From: Octopus sinensis
Taxonomy: Eukaryota
Direction of reading: 5' to 3'
Length of the DNA stretch: 64,000 bases
Assembly: GCF_006345805.1 (NCBI RefSeq)
Contig: NC_043008.1
Location: 68,200,001 to 68,264,000 of the forward strand
The number at the start of each line of letters is the position of its first letter. The stretch's first letter is position 1. The notes under the pieces are model-generated. The model was not told the origin of the DNA and did no database searches. It saw only the letters and a list, made by a program, of their open reading frames with translations. Below are positions 1 through 14,040 of the stretch, piece by piece. A program made the translations under genes and the position numbers.

Positions 1-121
1 AGCTGTAGAAACTCTGCCAGATCAGATTGGACCCTTGTGCAGCAATCTGGTTCGCCAGTCCTCAGTAAAATCGTCCAACCCATGCTAGCATGGAAAGCTG
101 ATGTTAAATGATGATGATGAT
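1..121 (+). mobile_element. RTE-type LINE 3' tail (partial)
   Basis: agctgtagaaac...cccatgctagcatggaaa...aaatgatgatgatga is the reverse complement of the 3' end of the RTE copies at 56102 and 61260; ends in (ATG)n. Confidence 0.8.
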
Positions 122-208
122 ATATACTACATACGTAGAAAATTGGTGTGTATTTGTTTGTGGCGTTGTTAAGCTAACTCCTACATCATTTTATTGATTT
201 TGATGAGA

Positions 209-641
209 CTTGACACGTGAGTAGAACTCATGTCTGGAAACTTCATGACATACTTAGATTGTTGAAAAAAATCAATACAGCCCTGGAAGGGACCTTTATA
301 TCTACCTTATATAACTACTTTTCCTTTTTTAAGCACTGAATGGAAATAACCCATAACACCTGTACAATATTTTCTTTAAACACTCAAGGGAAATAAGCCA
401 TTTTATTGATTATGCTCGATTACTTCGAATAATAATTTTCTTTTGGTGTCCTATTTCTAATTTTTGCAGACAATATTACTATCATAGTTTGACATGCAAG
501 TAGAACTCACAACTGGAAACTTTGTGACATACGTCCATTGTTGAAAAAAACTGATAATAGGGCCCTTCCAATGGATCCTTCTATCTACTACATATTACTA
601 ATATTTTATTTAAACAGCCCAAGGGAAACAACCCATACCAC
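209..641. repeat. Diverged ~280-bp tandem duplication, possibly the interior of a non-autonomous Helitron/HINE-like element
   Basis: ttgacacgtgagtagaactca...ctggaaactt..tgacatac...attgttgaaaaaaa at 210 recurs at 489 (ttgacatgcaagtagaactca...); both copies end gaaa.aacccata. The Helitron assignment is weak. Confidence 0.55.
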
Positions 642-654
642 ATGCAGATTTTAC

Positions 655-915
655 CCATACATATATATATACACACACACATATATATGCATACTTATAT
701 ATACATACACACACATATATATATGCATACTTATATATACATACACACACATATATATATGCATACTTATATATATATACACACACACATATATATACAT
801 ACATACACATACATATATGTTGTAGATATTATATATATATACACACATATATATACATGTACACTTATACATATACATATGTATACACACACACACACAT
901 ACATACATACATTTA
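655..915. repeat. Compound (TA/CA) micro/minisatellite with ~36-bp unit
   Basis: Repeated atatatatacacacacacatatatatgcatactt; source of the spurious YI/HT-rich ORFs. Confidence 0.9.
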
Positions 916-1051
916 CATGTGTCTCTAGTCATTTATTATTTGCAACTAGTACATGAAAACTTGAATAAAATATTCCATTCCTGAATCCCGTATAAATACC
1001 GGAAGCTGTGCTGTGCTGGCCTACATTGTATATCATGGTGTCACTACTTAC

Positions 1052-1127
1052 CCATGGTTCAACTGAACCGAAATAAACCTTCAGCGGCAAAAGTCATCAC
1101 TGACTAATGTTAGCAAAATACAGCTGG
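1052..1127 (-). other. Putative alternative start exon (5'UTR plus ATG G) of the minus-strand gene
   Basis: Minus strand: acceptor tttctttctgcag| at 1128, exon ends gaACCATGG|gtaagt (donor GT at 1051-1050). Strong Kozak context; phase-1 end matches exon 2454-2541. Confidence 0.55.
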
Positions 1128-1588
1128 CTGCAGAAAGAAAATATGTGCTTCATAGTATAGGTCAAACATTGTCAATTGGTCAGCATGAAAGCCATGAAAC
1201 TTAACATTGTAAAAACTCTGTCTTTGCAATGAGACATGACATTACAACAGGCACAGGTCTAAGTAGGAGCCTTTGACAACTCAAGTGTTTATTTTAGAAA
1301 GAACTACGTTACAATATTTAAAAAAAAAAGAAAAAACTTTGGAGATTACCAAGGAATTTCAAATTCTTGCTATTCAAAAGCAAACACTTCCCCCCTATCA
1401 CACTTCACTCCATACACACTCCCTCCACTCAGAGTAACAGCAACAATGAAAACCTTGGAACTCAATAAAGTTCCAGTGTATTGTGGAAAAGGACTGACAA
1501 TTCAACTGCTCTTATTATCAAAAGATAAGGACTTCTGATAGTTATCATCATCAGGTAAATAAGATAATGTGTGAGTGGGGGAGATAGA

Positions 1589-2110
1589 TCATCATTTAAC
1601 ATCCGTTTTCCATGATGGCATATATTGGACAATTTGACTTAAAACTAGTAAGCTGGGGAGCTACACCAGGTTCCAATCTGATATGGCATGGTTTCTACAG
1701 CTGGATGCCCTTCCTAACGCCAACCACTCCAAGAGTGTAGAGGGTGCCTTTCATGTGCCAGTTACAAAACACTGCCATGACTGCGACCTCACTTGGCTTG
1801 ACAGGTCTTCTCAAGCACAGTATATGTTGCCAAAGGTCTCGGTCACTTGCCACTGCCTTTGTGAGCCCCAAAGTTTGAAGGGTGCTTTTCATGTGCTGGT
1901 TACATGACAGTGACATTGGCCACAACTACGACTTCACTTAGTTTGACAGATATTCTCAAGTACAGCATATCCCCTAACATTCAAAGGGTGCTTATCACAT
2001 GCCACCAGCATGAATGCAACACTGGCATCAGCCATAACTACGATTTCTGTTGGTTTGACGAGTCTGTTGCCAAAGGTCTCAGTCACTTGCCACTGCCTCC
2101 TTATAAATGT
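1589..2110 (-). mobile_element. Degenerate RTE 3'UTR remnants
   Basis: catcatttaacatccgttttccatg...ctacagctggatgcccttcctaacgccaaccactcc; the minus-strand ORF 1695..1925 resembles the RTE C-terminus (LQTLGLTKAVASDRDLW). Confidence 0.75.
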
Positions 2111-2453
2111 ATTTGCTGTATGCTCTTTTTCCATGCAAGTATAGGTTAGAAGAATTCATTATGATTGCTTTACAGCTGGCTGACCTTGTTGCTTGCTCAT
2201 ACACTTTTACCTACATAAATTTGGTTAGCCTGAGGCTGTAGTAGAAGACACTTGTTCAAGGTGCCACACAATGGAGCCAAATCCAAAACCATGTGATTGT
2301 GAAGTGAACTTCTAAAACTACACAGCCATGCCCAGGCCTTTATAAAGAAGAAAGAAAATAACTCAATGAAGAGTATGGATATAAAGAAAAAAGGAGACAG
2401 GAATGGGGGAGGAAAAAAAAAGACAAAACAAAAGGGAATACAAGTATACTAAC

Positions 2454-2541
2454 CTTCGTCATCACTGATACCAAGACGTTTGTAGCGACAGTTGGTGGCG
2501 CGTTTATTTTTACTTTCTTTTGTCTTGTCAGCTTCATTCTC
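2454..2541 (-). CDS. Coding exon 3 of unidentified host gene (ENEADKTKESKNKRATNCRYKRLGISDDE + 1 nt)
   Basis: Acceptor gtttccag|GAG at 2541, donor GAAG|gttagt at 2454; 88 nt, open in frame 0, phase-compatible with exon 3173-3277. Confidence 0.75.
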
Positions 2542-2584
2542 CTGGAAACAAACACACAGTGTTAACATGAGTGGCAGATAATAA

Positions 2585-4705
2585 AAAGTTTCAAATTTCA
2601 GCACAAGGTCAGCAGTTTTAAGGGATGGAATAAGTTGATTATATTAATCCTAGCAATTGACTTGGAATTTTGTGGGAGGAAATTAGTGAATTCAATTAAG
2701 CCCAGTACTAGACTGATATGTTATTATATTGACCCCGGAAGGATGTAAGGTAAAACACATGACTAATACTGATTTCAGAGCCATAACTCAATCTATTATT
2801 CTTCTGTTGACTTTAGCAGAAACTAACAACTTCAAACTTCAGCAATCTACAGTTTCTGCCATCACCAGCACTGCATCCCATGAGATGACCACATCAGATA
2901 TTCCAGTACATGTAATCAATCAGGCCATGCTAGATGCCCACTAACCCCACGGCCACTACCAATCAATCACTCAGCCACACCAAATACGCCCACATTACAT
3001 TTAATCAGATAGCCAGCCCAGATACCCAGTAGACTCATCACCCTCACATAATCCTACCAGATAGCTTACTGTTACCACATCTAATCAGAGGGCCATCACA
3101 AATAACCACTACTCTTCAATCAGCACCACCACAAGTCCACCATACATGCAATAGTTACAATGCGGTCCATACTTGGTCATTAGCCACCTTCATCTTCTTT
3201 TCAACTGGTTCGTTGTCTGTCTTCATTTTATCTGCCATATCAAGTACTTTGTCATTCACATTGTCGACATTTTCTTCCTGAAAAGACAAAGAAAAAGAAA
3301 ATGAATACATAAACCATTTATAAAAATTCGCTAATTTAGCATTCTTACATTAGCTGAGACAGACAATACCCTTCACTCTGCATTCCAGTAAAAAATCAAA
3401 CAATGTTAACACAGTCCAGAGAAAGGGTGAATAGATGTCAGTGCCAGAAATGTGAGACCAACAACTAGGTCCAGCCTTTGGTGATACTACCACCACTAAT
3501 AATGGTTTCAAATTTTGGTATAAGAGGAAGAGGGTAAGCTGATTATATTTACCACAGTTCTCAACTTGTGTGTTTTATTGACTCCCAAAAGGGTCAAAGG
3601 CAAAATCAACCACAGCAGAATTTGAACTTAGAACACAAAGAACAACGAAATGTCACTTAGCATTTTACCTGACATGTTAACAATTCTGCCAGCTCACTGC
3701 CTTACAACAACAACAACAACAATTATAATAATTCTTTCCAATTTTTGGCACAAGACCAGAAATTTAGAGAGGCAGTTACTTAATTACATCAACCCAAGTA
3801 CTTACTGGTACTTCATTTTATTGACACCACCCTACCTCTAAAGAATACAAAAAGCAAACTGGTCTTGACTAGATTTGAACTCACAACAGAAGGAACAGAT
3901 TCTGCTAAGCACTCTAACAATCCTCTCAATCCATCGTGCTGCTGCTGATAATACTAATAGTAATGGTTTCACATTTTGGCACATGGCCAGCAATTTCAGG
4001 GGAAGGTTAAGTCAATTACATTGACCCCAGTACTCAGCTGATACTTATTTTATTGCCCCAGAAAAGATGAAAGGCAAAATCAACCTCAGTGGAATTTGAA
4101 CTCAGTACGCTGGGCAAAATGCCTAGTAGCATTTCATCAGACTTTACATTCTAACAATTCTGCCAGCTCCATGCCTTAACAGCAACAACAACAATAATGG
4201 CTTCAAATTTTAGGGTAGGGGTCAAGTTAATTACATCAACCCAGGTGCTTAACTGGTACTTTATTTTACTGACTTCAATATGATGAAAAGCAAAGCCGAC
4301 CTCAGCAGAATTAGAACTCAGAACATAACAAGCCAGAAAAAATGCTGCAAAACATTTTGCCTGACACATCAATGCTTCTAACAGCTCACTGTCTTAAAAA
4401 TAATGCTTTTTACAATAGGCACAAGGCCTGAAATTTTGAGGGTAGGGATTAGTTGATGGCATTGTCCCCAGTGCTTGACTGGTACTTAATTTATCCTTGG
4501 CAGAATGTAAAGACATAAAATGCTGAGCAGCATCTTGTCCAGTGTGTTAACGATTCTGCCAGCTTGTTTCAGCAATTTTGAGGGGAGGGGGAAAGTTAGT
4601 TGATACTATTGACCCTGGTACTTAACTAGTACTGTACTTCATAGACTCCAAGATTTGAAAGTCAAGACGATATTCTAAACTCTAATGATTCTGCCAACCC
4701 ACCAT
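2585..4705 (-). mobile_element. Cluster of about seven co-oriented MetaSINE-like tRNA-derived SINE copies (around exon 2)
   Basis: Repeated ttttggcacaagg...gattacattgaccccagt...ctggtacttatttt...aaaggatgaaaggcaaa..gacctc..ggaatttgaactc near 2590, 3505, 3735, 3965, 4200, 4415 and 4570. The reverse complement carries a B-box (gagttcaaattcc) and a Meta-domain-like gcctttcatcctt..gggtc.ataaa..agtacc. Confidence 0.75.
3173..3277 (-). CDS. Coding exon 2 of unidentified host gene (EENVDNVNDKVLDMADKMKTDNEPVEKKMKVANDQ)
   Basis: Acceptor tttgtcttttcag|GAA at 3277, donor CAA|gtatgg at 3173; 105 nt, phase 0/0; the other two frames hit stops. Confidence 0.78.
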
Positions 4706-7700
4706 TACTACTACTACCACCAACAACAACAAGAGTACAAAACCATAAATCTGTAACATATTTGAGTGGATTACATATAGTCAATTCAATTGAAAATTAG
4801 TTTATTATTGCTATTCAAGTCATCAATCTTGAAGAGACAGAATTTGAATATTGGACAAAAAGGAAACACAAGAAAGCATCATAGACTATTTAGTCAAATG
4901 TGCTATTAATTCTGCCATCCAATATGGAAGATCTCTCAATTGCTGACAGGAGACAAAACACAAGGTATAATGTCAATATGCATGACATACAAAACAACTG
5001 AACATATGAATAAAATAATGTGGCCAGCTCTTAGGACTGAGACAAAATGGCCATTTTCAATACTATGGGCTTGTTCTATTCAAGCCAACATGGAATAACA
5101 AAACTTAAAAGACATTAAAAATGATAATTGATCTCAAAAATTAATGGCTGGAAATGGAATAAAGACAAGCTTATTGCAATATTGGCACTTTGAGAGAAAA
5201 TACACTGAGAGTATGATACTAGAATTACTGACAAACATGACTTATGTTTACTACAACAGGCTACAACTACCCCTGACTGATAGCCAACACATTCCACTTT
5301 TTCATGGGTCAGTGATAGGAAGGAGTGATCAGCTGTAATAACAATTGCTCCAATTCAGGCTAGTGTAAACAACTGTCTGTGAAACTGTTTAAAATAAATG
5401 CTATTTTCTGAAGTTTCTACTTCATTTTTTATAGCTTCTCTCCTTTACACAGTTCTGAGCAGTTTACTACTGCCCTTTTCCAACATATCATATTTCCATT
5501 GCCTAGATTTCCACTCACAACAAAATAAACAAATAAAGCTCCTGTTTCTATTGCATTCTTAACCACTCTATCACCATCTCATGGTAATTATTAGCCAAAA
5601 GACAGGGAGTATATAAACCCATTTCTTGGAAATTGTAGCCTATTCAAATTTGTGACAGCTCCAACAAATGGATGAAGCTTTAGCAATTGCTAAAGCCAAA
5701 TTGAGAGATAATTCAAACTACAGTATAACAGAAATGAATTTATTCATAGAAGTTTTAAAAAGAAAATATACATGTAATTCATTAAAATCCTAGCTCAATC
5801 CTAGATAAGTCCTGAAAAATAATTATATGCCTCAAAAATTGACTTTAGGGACCTCCAGTGCTTATCTGTATCATGGAGTCTATAATACTGTTATGACAGC
5901 CCTGCTTGCATGCATGAATAAGAAAACAATCAAAATAGTGCAAGAATGAAAAATAAAAGATGAGGTTAATAAAATGGAAAATTTAAGATTATCTTCAGTT
6001 AAGCAACTCAACACCATACACACGTAGATCAGGAAATTCCTAAAGCTATTTTGATTTTGGAAAATCTTTCTATGGTTGGGAGAAGGAATTGAGAAAAAGA
6101 AGAAAGAATACAAATATGTTATCAAAGAGGTTACAGTGGCCTTTGTCAATCTTCACCTCCAACAAGTAAATAAGGGTTTCTATCATTCAGTTTTGATCCA
6201 ATTTCAAAGTCACTTACAAAATACCTTTTCATTTCTCACATGTCATACCTCATTGACAAAAAAGACAATATTTGGCAAATCACTGTTGTTCCCCACTCCA
6301 ACATATAAACCATCTTTTGCAACATTCCATCTTCTCAGATTTCTTCCTGCTGTTTTAACAAACTCTCTCTCACACTCACACACACAATTATATAAAATTT
6401 TTACATATTAAATAAATATATTCCTGAACTTGTTCTAACAATACCATATCAATTAGAATTTTAGATATTGAAAACTCAATGAATTATTTCTTGTTTACTA
6501 AAAGACTTTAATATAGAAAGTGCTAAAACAGATTTAAATAAAAGTCTATAAAAAGTTTAGCAAATTGTGGTCTTCTTATCAATATTAGTGCTTTTACCAC
6601 AATGAATTGTTGTGTAAGGGCACCACTGAAGAATGCCTATGAAAGAGACAAAATAGTTAAGTGGAGTCCAATCTTTCTTCAGACTACATTATATACAAGA
6701 ATGGTTAATTATATTCAGCACTACAAATAGACATGCCACAGTGCTACTATAGTTGACTAGAGTCAGAGTTGTTCATATAATGTGGTACATATTTATGACC
6801 AGGTAGACTTTGTTGTTAGATAATCCCATGATGTGAACCATTGACCTCTCAGCTATCCACTCAACCACTTGTTTTTTAACTGCATGAAGAACAGTTTTTA
6901 GTAGCTCTTCAACTCCATAGGTTATGGTGGAAATGACAGGTGTTCTAAAACCATGTGGTTCTGTTCAGCAGACAAAAGCACAAATGAGGAAGGAAGTGAG
7001 AGTTAGAACAGCTGAGATGGGAGATGTGGGGAATGATTAGGATGAGATGAGCCATTAGGTCAGAGGGTGCAGGAAATGGTTATAACAAGAGGGGCACATA
7101 AGTTTTCATTTTCTTACAATTTATTTTCATATACAGGTAAATTAAGTAGCTATAAAGCAAATCCATTGAGGTAGCTAATTACACAGGAACTTACTTAAAA
7201 GCGAGTTTCTGTAAAAGTAGGAAGGGATCAATCTGCCCCTGTATATGATGCTGTTCTATCTTTCATTTCCAGACAATGTGATACCTATTGAGTGAGTGTA
7301 TTGCACCAAAGTACACAACAAAATAACAGTCAAGGGAATGAACTCGTATAAAGAGCTGGGTCAAATATTTTCATTCAAACATTCAGTAAATTCACACTAA
7401 CATTACAAACAGCGAGTAAAAGAAACATGTTACAAAATGCAAAAGTTCAATTGTGTTGACGTCTGCTGTCACTCATGTGGCTTTTTAATGCCCAAAATGG
7501 CAGGACAATAGACAGCTTGATCAAGGAAATGTGTACAGTTGGCAACAAATTACTTTAAAAACCAGCTGTCCACATAAACTGAAAAATAAAAAAAATCTTT
7601 GTTTCTTTCATAAAGTGAAGAATAGAAAGAAGTGACTTGCTCCCTGTTTAATAACTGTATTGGATTTCTTAACCACTCACCACACCACTATCCACCTTCT

Positions 7701-8725
7701 AAAGAAATAAAAAGCAAACTAGCTTCTTGTAAGATTTGAACTCAAGAAAGCAAATGAGGGATTAAGAGAACACTTCTACATTTCTGATATTATTGGCACC
7801 AATTCCAGCAAAATAAATTGGATTCTTTCAGAGCAAAGACTGGTTCCTAAGCTAAGTAGATCCAGCCTTTAGTGAACCAAAATATAAATCTGAACATCTG
7901 CTGTATTATAAACCGTAACTGTAGGATAAACATTACCTCATTCAGAAATGCTATGGGCTGACACTGTACTTCTTATTCAGATTAAGTAGGTACAGATTTA
8001 ACCTAAAGCAAATCTAGTTCATAGCTTTGCAATTTAATTCCCAGCTAAATGGAACCAATAATTACACCCAGCTCCAACTAAATCAAATTACCACTGTACC
8101 CAAGTGGATATCTAATACCACAACACCACCCTCATAGATCTATTCTATCTACTACATAGATCTATTCCAGATAACACTTGATACAGTCTTTAGCTGAGCA
8201 AAAAGGAAAGCTGAAGACTGGATCCAATGTCACACAAAACACATTTTGAAATTTATGACTAAGGGGTTGGATAGGGGTAAGTTTAAGAGTAAAGACAACC
8301 CTAGTTTAAAAACAAAAACCATAAAGAAAATAAAAGAAACTAGATACAAAGTTGATGATGATGACCTTTTATTTATTTTTTTATTTCACTGAAACAAAGC
8401 CACAGTCTATTACTGGTAGCCATTTCTTTGACCACAGAACATAAATGCTTAATTAAAATGCCAGGCATTTTAATTTTAGTCTAACATACTATTTAATCCA
8501 CCAAAGAATTATTACCATTAAGGTTGTTGTTGAGTGGCAATAATGGTAGAGAACTAGGCAAAAATGTGACAGAGTTTTATGTTCTGAAGACATGGTGATA
8601 AAATAATAATGGTAATATACATTGTAAATTGAAACTATTGATTTCATTCACCAATAGCACCACAAGCAATTTGTGACCTCATGTATTTCAAGTTAGAAAT
8701 CATTATTAAAGTAAATAAACTTGAT

Positions 8726-8942
8726 TTAACCTTTTAAGCATATTTCTGCTAAAACAGACTGCCCCATTTTTTGTTTTCCAATTAATTTTGAAAATAATGA
8801 AGAATTTAGTGATATAGCCTACTCAATGTGGAACAAACTAACATAAAACTGATGGAAGCTTTTAATTTAAAATCATGTTGAAATAATGTTTATATCATAG
8901 AACCAGGAGCAACCTGAGATAGGCTGGTATCAAGGGGGTTAA
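8726..8942. mobile_element. piggyBac-like MITE
   Basis: TTAA|ccttt...aaggggg|TTAA ends; the internal ttttgaaaataatgaagaatttagt recurs at ~46325. Confidence 0.6.
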
Positions 8943-10149
8943 GTACGCAACAACTAAAGTCAAGTGACTGTTGTGAGAGGCATGTATGTCACACAATCTG
9001 ACTACTACTGAAAATAAACTGATTATGTTGAAGGATACGTCTTTAATACTAATTACACTAATGATCAAGTAAATTTGTTATTATTATGTAGAACCAGGTC
9101 AGCCTTGATTAAACAAGAAGCATGTAATTAAGTGAAGCTAAAAGTATTGGAAGTGAAGAAGCACAAAGGGTGTGTGTCAGATATTCTGATTGGTCCTTAT
9201 AAATGTTTAGACACACACACGTGTAAATAATAAGATATATCTAGTAGTAATCAGAAAAGTTTGTGTCAAAGCGGTAAAGGAAGAATATCCAAGTAAAATC
9301 ACAAAAAAGAGGGAAATTAACACAAGGAACAAAGAACAATGAAAAAGAGTACAAAAGTACATATTTTTGTTGAGGAAGAAATGAAGAGGAACTAGACGTT
9401 TTGAACAGTCACCTTTCATCAAGAATAGAAAAATGAAAAACACCTTTCTACTCCAATTCTTCCATTTCCCAAACTACTTTTACTATAACTGCAGTTTTTT
9501 ATTTTCATCTTTTTTTTCTTTCTCTCTCTTTCTCTGTTCTTGATAAGGAACCACTATGTCCAAAACATTGAACTTTCCACTATCCTTTCCTTGACGTTCT
9601 GTTCTATAGTTCTTCTGATGACTGCTTGTGTAAACATAATACCCATACTGTATAATACTCTCAACATGGCTGTAATAGTCATGTTTCAGCTGTTGTACCC
9701 CCCAGGCACCCAAAGAGAGCTGGAGAGTACAAGCAGTTAAAACACTGTAACTATAACAACTCTGATAAATACAATAGTAAGTAATAATAATTCCTCATCA
9801 CAAATATTCAGTAAAAATTGAATATATATGTAAATAAATATAATCATAAATATACATATGCACGCATCCACCACATAAAAAGTACAGTAGAATGTAGAGG
9901 ACAGTTGGTTCAAAAAATTATGTTGTTATGTAACAGGGTGTTCAACCAGTTCTTTGAGTGAGAACTGGTTTCAACCAAGCACGTTTCTTACAATAAACTC
10001 TTTAACTAGGTTTGTGACATAAATAGTAGAAGTTAGATAAACTACTAGACTGTTAGGTTTGTCTAGCTAGCAGAAAGATAGAAAGCAAGAAGGTGTCAAA
10101 ATGTTTAATGCTTGCAGACCCTCTAAGACCAGTCAAGTCAATATAATTG

Positions 10150-10800
10150 ATGCTTACAAACTCATGAAGATCAATGTAAAAAACAAATAAAAAAGAGTAC
10201 AGGTGTTCCAGAGGGCTGCAATCATGAAGAGGAATTGGGTAAAGTATTTAACACACACCTCTTGAGATGCTTCAAGTGAAATGGTACACAGTGTGCTAGT
10301 TCAGAAGCAGAACCAATTGTAGTAACTATAGAAAGTGAAGAAACAATGAGTGTGAGTCACTTGTGCAATGTGTTGGTAAGTGAAGCATTACAATCAACAA
10401 TATGGTTCTTCTCTTTCTTTTTTATAAATAGATCTAATCTAGAATGCTTGTGTACACCCAGATATGTAAGTGCTATTATAATGTAAGGTGTACCTATGTC
10501 TTGTAAAGAGCTGTCAGCATTTATGGACCAATTTTTTTAGTAGCAATGGTTTGGTGGTTCCAATCCTGACATAAGGGCAGTGTTTTATTCATCTGAGTGT
10601 GGCTAAGGCAAAAGACTATAACACTTAGCCATACAAAAATAGATACTAAGGGAATAGGAAGAGGTTTCTCAATGCTCTACAAGCAGGGTACCTCCTTATC
10701 AAACAAGCAAATGAGAGGTCAGTGGCTCATATCGTGAATGCAAGGTTGCATTGTGCCGATCAAATGGTCCCACTTAATGGCATTTAGTTCTCTGTAAGGG
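10150..10800 (-). mobile_element. Highly degenerate CR1/Jockey-like LINE 3' remnant
   Basis: Minus strand ~10530-10450 reads P*MLTALYKT*V...HIW across a frameshift, similar to the LYKxQVxPxLxY motif at 60950. Confidence 0.4.
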
Positions 10801-11764
10801 CTGAGTAGTCTATCTCTTTTAAAGGATTAGTATTTAACTCAAACTTTATGAGATGAAGCAGATAAGAGATAAATCTCTTCCAAGTTAGGATTTTAGATAT
10901 TTAGATAAACTTCATAAATGACCCTTAAAGTAGGACCTTTCTGTCACAATTACTCAGAGGAAATTTAGAATAGGGTACGTAGCAGTGGATTGAAAATCAT
11001 TATGAAGAAACAGATAATTTGGTTACATAGATGAAATAAAGTAGAACCAAGAAACCTCAGTAGAGGCTGTATTAACTGACGACCACTTCAATCTTTACCA
11101 GCAGCCAAAACAACAGATATTTAACATGATGATGATGGAAGATGCCAATGTGTGTGTGGAGGCAAGGCATTACTTTGAATTACCAGCTGGAGCTAATTTT
11201 ATTTTCTTGTTTTTAATTACATATGTAGATAGATGTTAGTGGAAGGTCATGATGAAGGTCACAAATTTGTGGGTGAACCTCTATGATTTTGTAAGAAACT
11301 GATATTACTAATGATGACGATGATGATGGTGGTGGTGGTGATAGTGATGGGAATGATGCTGGTAGTAGTGGTGAGAATAGCCTGAAGAAATATTTCTTTC
11401 CTTCAGAAAGAAACCAATGTCAAAGTTCTGTTTGTGAGTATGTGTGCATATGCAGATGTGCACATGCAAACAAGTTAGGTGTTATGTGTGTGTGTGTATG
11501 TGTACATGTGAGTATACTTATGTGTCTTTGGGCACTGAAAGGCAAGAGAACCAAACAATGGTGCTCAGAGAAGGCTAAGAGTACTATTAGGAGATATAAT
11601 AAACATGCAATTATAAACACATCCTCAATAGTGCAAGAGATCTAACATGTTGTGTACACATGTGTTGTATATAAATAGAATATACCAATGGTGAATGCAT
11701 ATATATATAAATAATCTAAAAAACTTATGGAAGCAATTTCCTTGATTCAGTTGCAAAAATCGTC

Positions 11765-12150
11765 TGCCTGTGTGGTTAAAAAGTTTGCATTCCAACAGCA
11801 TGGTGCCAGGTTCAGTCTTACAGTAGGACACCTTGGGCAACTGTATTCTATTATAGCACCAGGCCACTCAAAGTTTTGAGTGGATTTGGTAGAGAGAAAC
11901 TGAAAGAAGCCTGTTGTACACATGTGTATGTTGGTCCCCGTCTTGACACCACATGATGATTGTAAGGCACCAACACTATTTACAAACAAAACAGTGTCAT
12001 TTGTTCCCAGTCGTCAACAAAAAGATATCTGGCCAAGAGAAATATTACCTTAGTTGGAAATAAATGAGGGTTGGTGAAGGGCAACTGACTTCAAGAAAAT
12101 CTCCATAAATTCCATCTGACTCAAGCATAGAAAAGTGGACATGAAAACCA
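11765..12150 (+). mobile_element. Diverged CORE-like tRNA SINE
   Basis: ctgtgtggttaaaaagtttgc...ggttcagtc...caccttgggcaa...tggatttggtaga..aaactgaaagaagcc; same head as the 59728 copy. Confidence 0.7.
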
Positions 12151-13857
12151 GACTGACTGTATGAATAGGAAACTAACACATAGGGTACTGTATGTGTATA
12201 CACTCACATACCTGTATACAAGCATACATTCTTTTACTAGCTTCATCCTGGAACTTATTTTATTGATCTCTACTTATTGAATGGCTAAGATACATTTTTT
12301 GATACAACACTTGCAAAATAAACACAAACACATAGGTACAATAGGCTTCTACAGTTTCAAAGGAAATGTAGTTGGAGCCACGTGGTTTCTTAGAGAACCT
12401 CTTAACTATACAGCCATGCTTGTGCCATATAAAAACACACACACATATTACAGAAGTATATGTATACAAGCATATTTACAAAGACATTTATACACAAACA
12501 AGTGAAGATGTTCATATGTGTATGCATATATCATACATACACACATATATATATATATAAGGATTGTATATACACATTCACATACATCAAATGTATAAAA
12601 TATTCAAAGCAGTAATGCATAAAACACACAACAATTGTCCCCTTCTCTCAGTTAGTGATCAAAAGTATCATTCAGTTTATGATCAGACACCCTAGTTGCC
12701 CCAATAAAAAAATAACACACCAAGGGGACTTCTATTAACAGGACTTCTTCAATGTTACAATGAAGCCTCTTTTAACTCCCCATTCCCCACGCAATGGGGA
12801 TTCTAAGATGCAAACCATATGTTCTAACTTATCAGGTTAATGACAGGCTGTTGTCTCATTTAAATATGATACACTCAATCAAGGATCTGAAAGTGAGAAG
12901 TCAACATCAGTATATGACTGGTACTTGAATGTTGAATCCAGTAAGATTTAAAATATGAACTTGGACAGCAATATATATTATATGGCATCTTGTTCACTCT
13001 TTCCTACAAATCTTAGCATATTTGTGAATAGCAAAATTATTAACAATGGAACAAGAGTAATGTACAGTCAGTCATCTCAACCCTAGTACTTGAATTCTTA
13101 TTTGATTTATTCATCCAAGAATGATGAAAGGCAAAGGGAGTAGGCTACTGAACTCAAAAGGGATGGGTACATCATCAAATACTGTCCTAATAACATCAAT
13201 AGAGAATGATCACTGCTAGTAAGTTAATCAAACAAGCACAAACCAAGCCTGATAAGAATCATGGATGTGTTGGTTAATGGAAATGAACCAGACAAGTACA
13301 TCTAGCTCTAAGATGAAACTCAAAGCTCTAATAGATCTTGTTATTTCATGCAGTGAATCTTAAGAAGAGAGAGGCCACCCCAAAACATCAATTGTATAAA
13401 ATAAAACTTTCTGTTAAGCTATAATAAATGGAACATAATCATACGAAAATGAGAAGCAGAATAAACAGAAACTAGAAAGGAGTACTGGACATGCAACTTG
13501 ATCAAAACACTTTGTAGATAGTGATAATGTTGACTCATAACCAAATCTAAGCCCAAAGTGTCTGTTTGGGATACTTCTACATTTATTCAGCTGTATGTGA
13601 GTGCCTCTGTGCTTTATCTTGAAACTCTATTTACTCTACTATCATAATACAAAAATAACCCCCTCTTCAGACATCACTTTTACAAAGCTAAATGCTAATG
13701 AAGAATTATGATGTTGGAAGCACTGTGTTAATTTTCTTTGTATCTAACAGATTCACAATCCCAGAAATGTACACAATATTCTCATGCTGACCACACTTGT
13801 GCCTATGTAGAGATAGGCACACAAGTATAAATATACAGCCTTTGATTGTAAAACCTA

Positions 13858-14040
13858 CCATTTTTAGCATTTAAATAGGTCACATCCGACCAAAATATTT
13901 TATCTGCTATATGTACATGTCAGCCAGATCTGATCTCCCACACCTATCTTACAATGTCATTCTAAAAATATACAATCACATTATTGAAACCTCAAAGCTA
14001 CAAGATGATACATTTAACAGTAATTTATGCTAAAGGGTTA
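13858..14040. mobile_element. piggyBac-like MITE (second family)
   Basis: Right end atgctaaagggTTAA; left end ccatttttagcat is a degenerate inverted copy. Confidence 0.5.

Noticed and set aside
538-956. Overlapping YI/HT/CV-rich ORFs (also at 30907-31460, 34403-34695, 44536-44847)
   Set aside because: Translations of (TA)n/(CA)n microsatellites, open in several frames on both strands.
2454-3277. Assigning a gene name (PUS1- or DCAF8-like charged N-terminus considered)
   Set aside because: Only low-complexity charged sequence is in the window, with no diagnostic motif.
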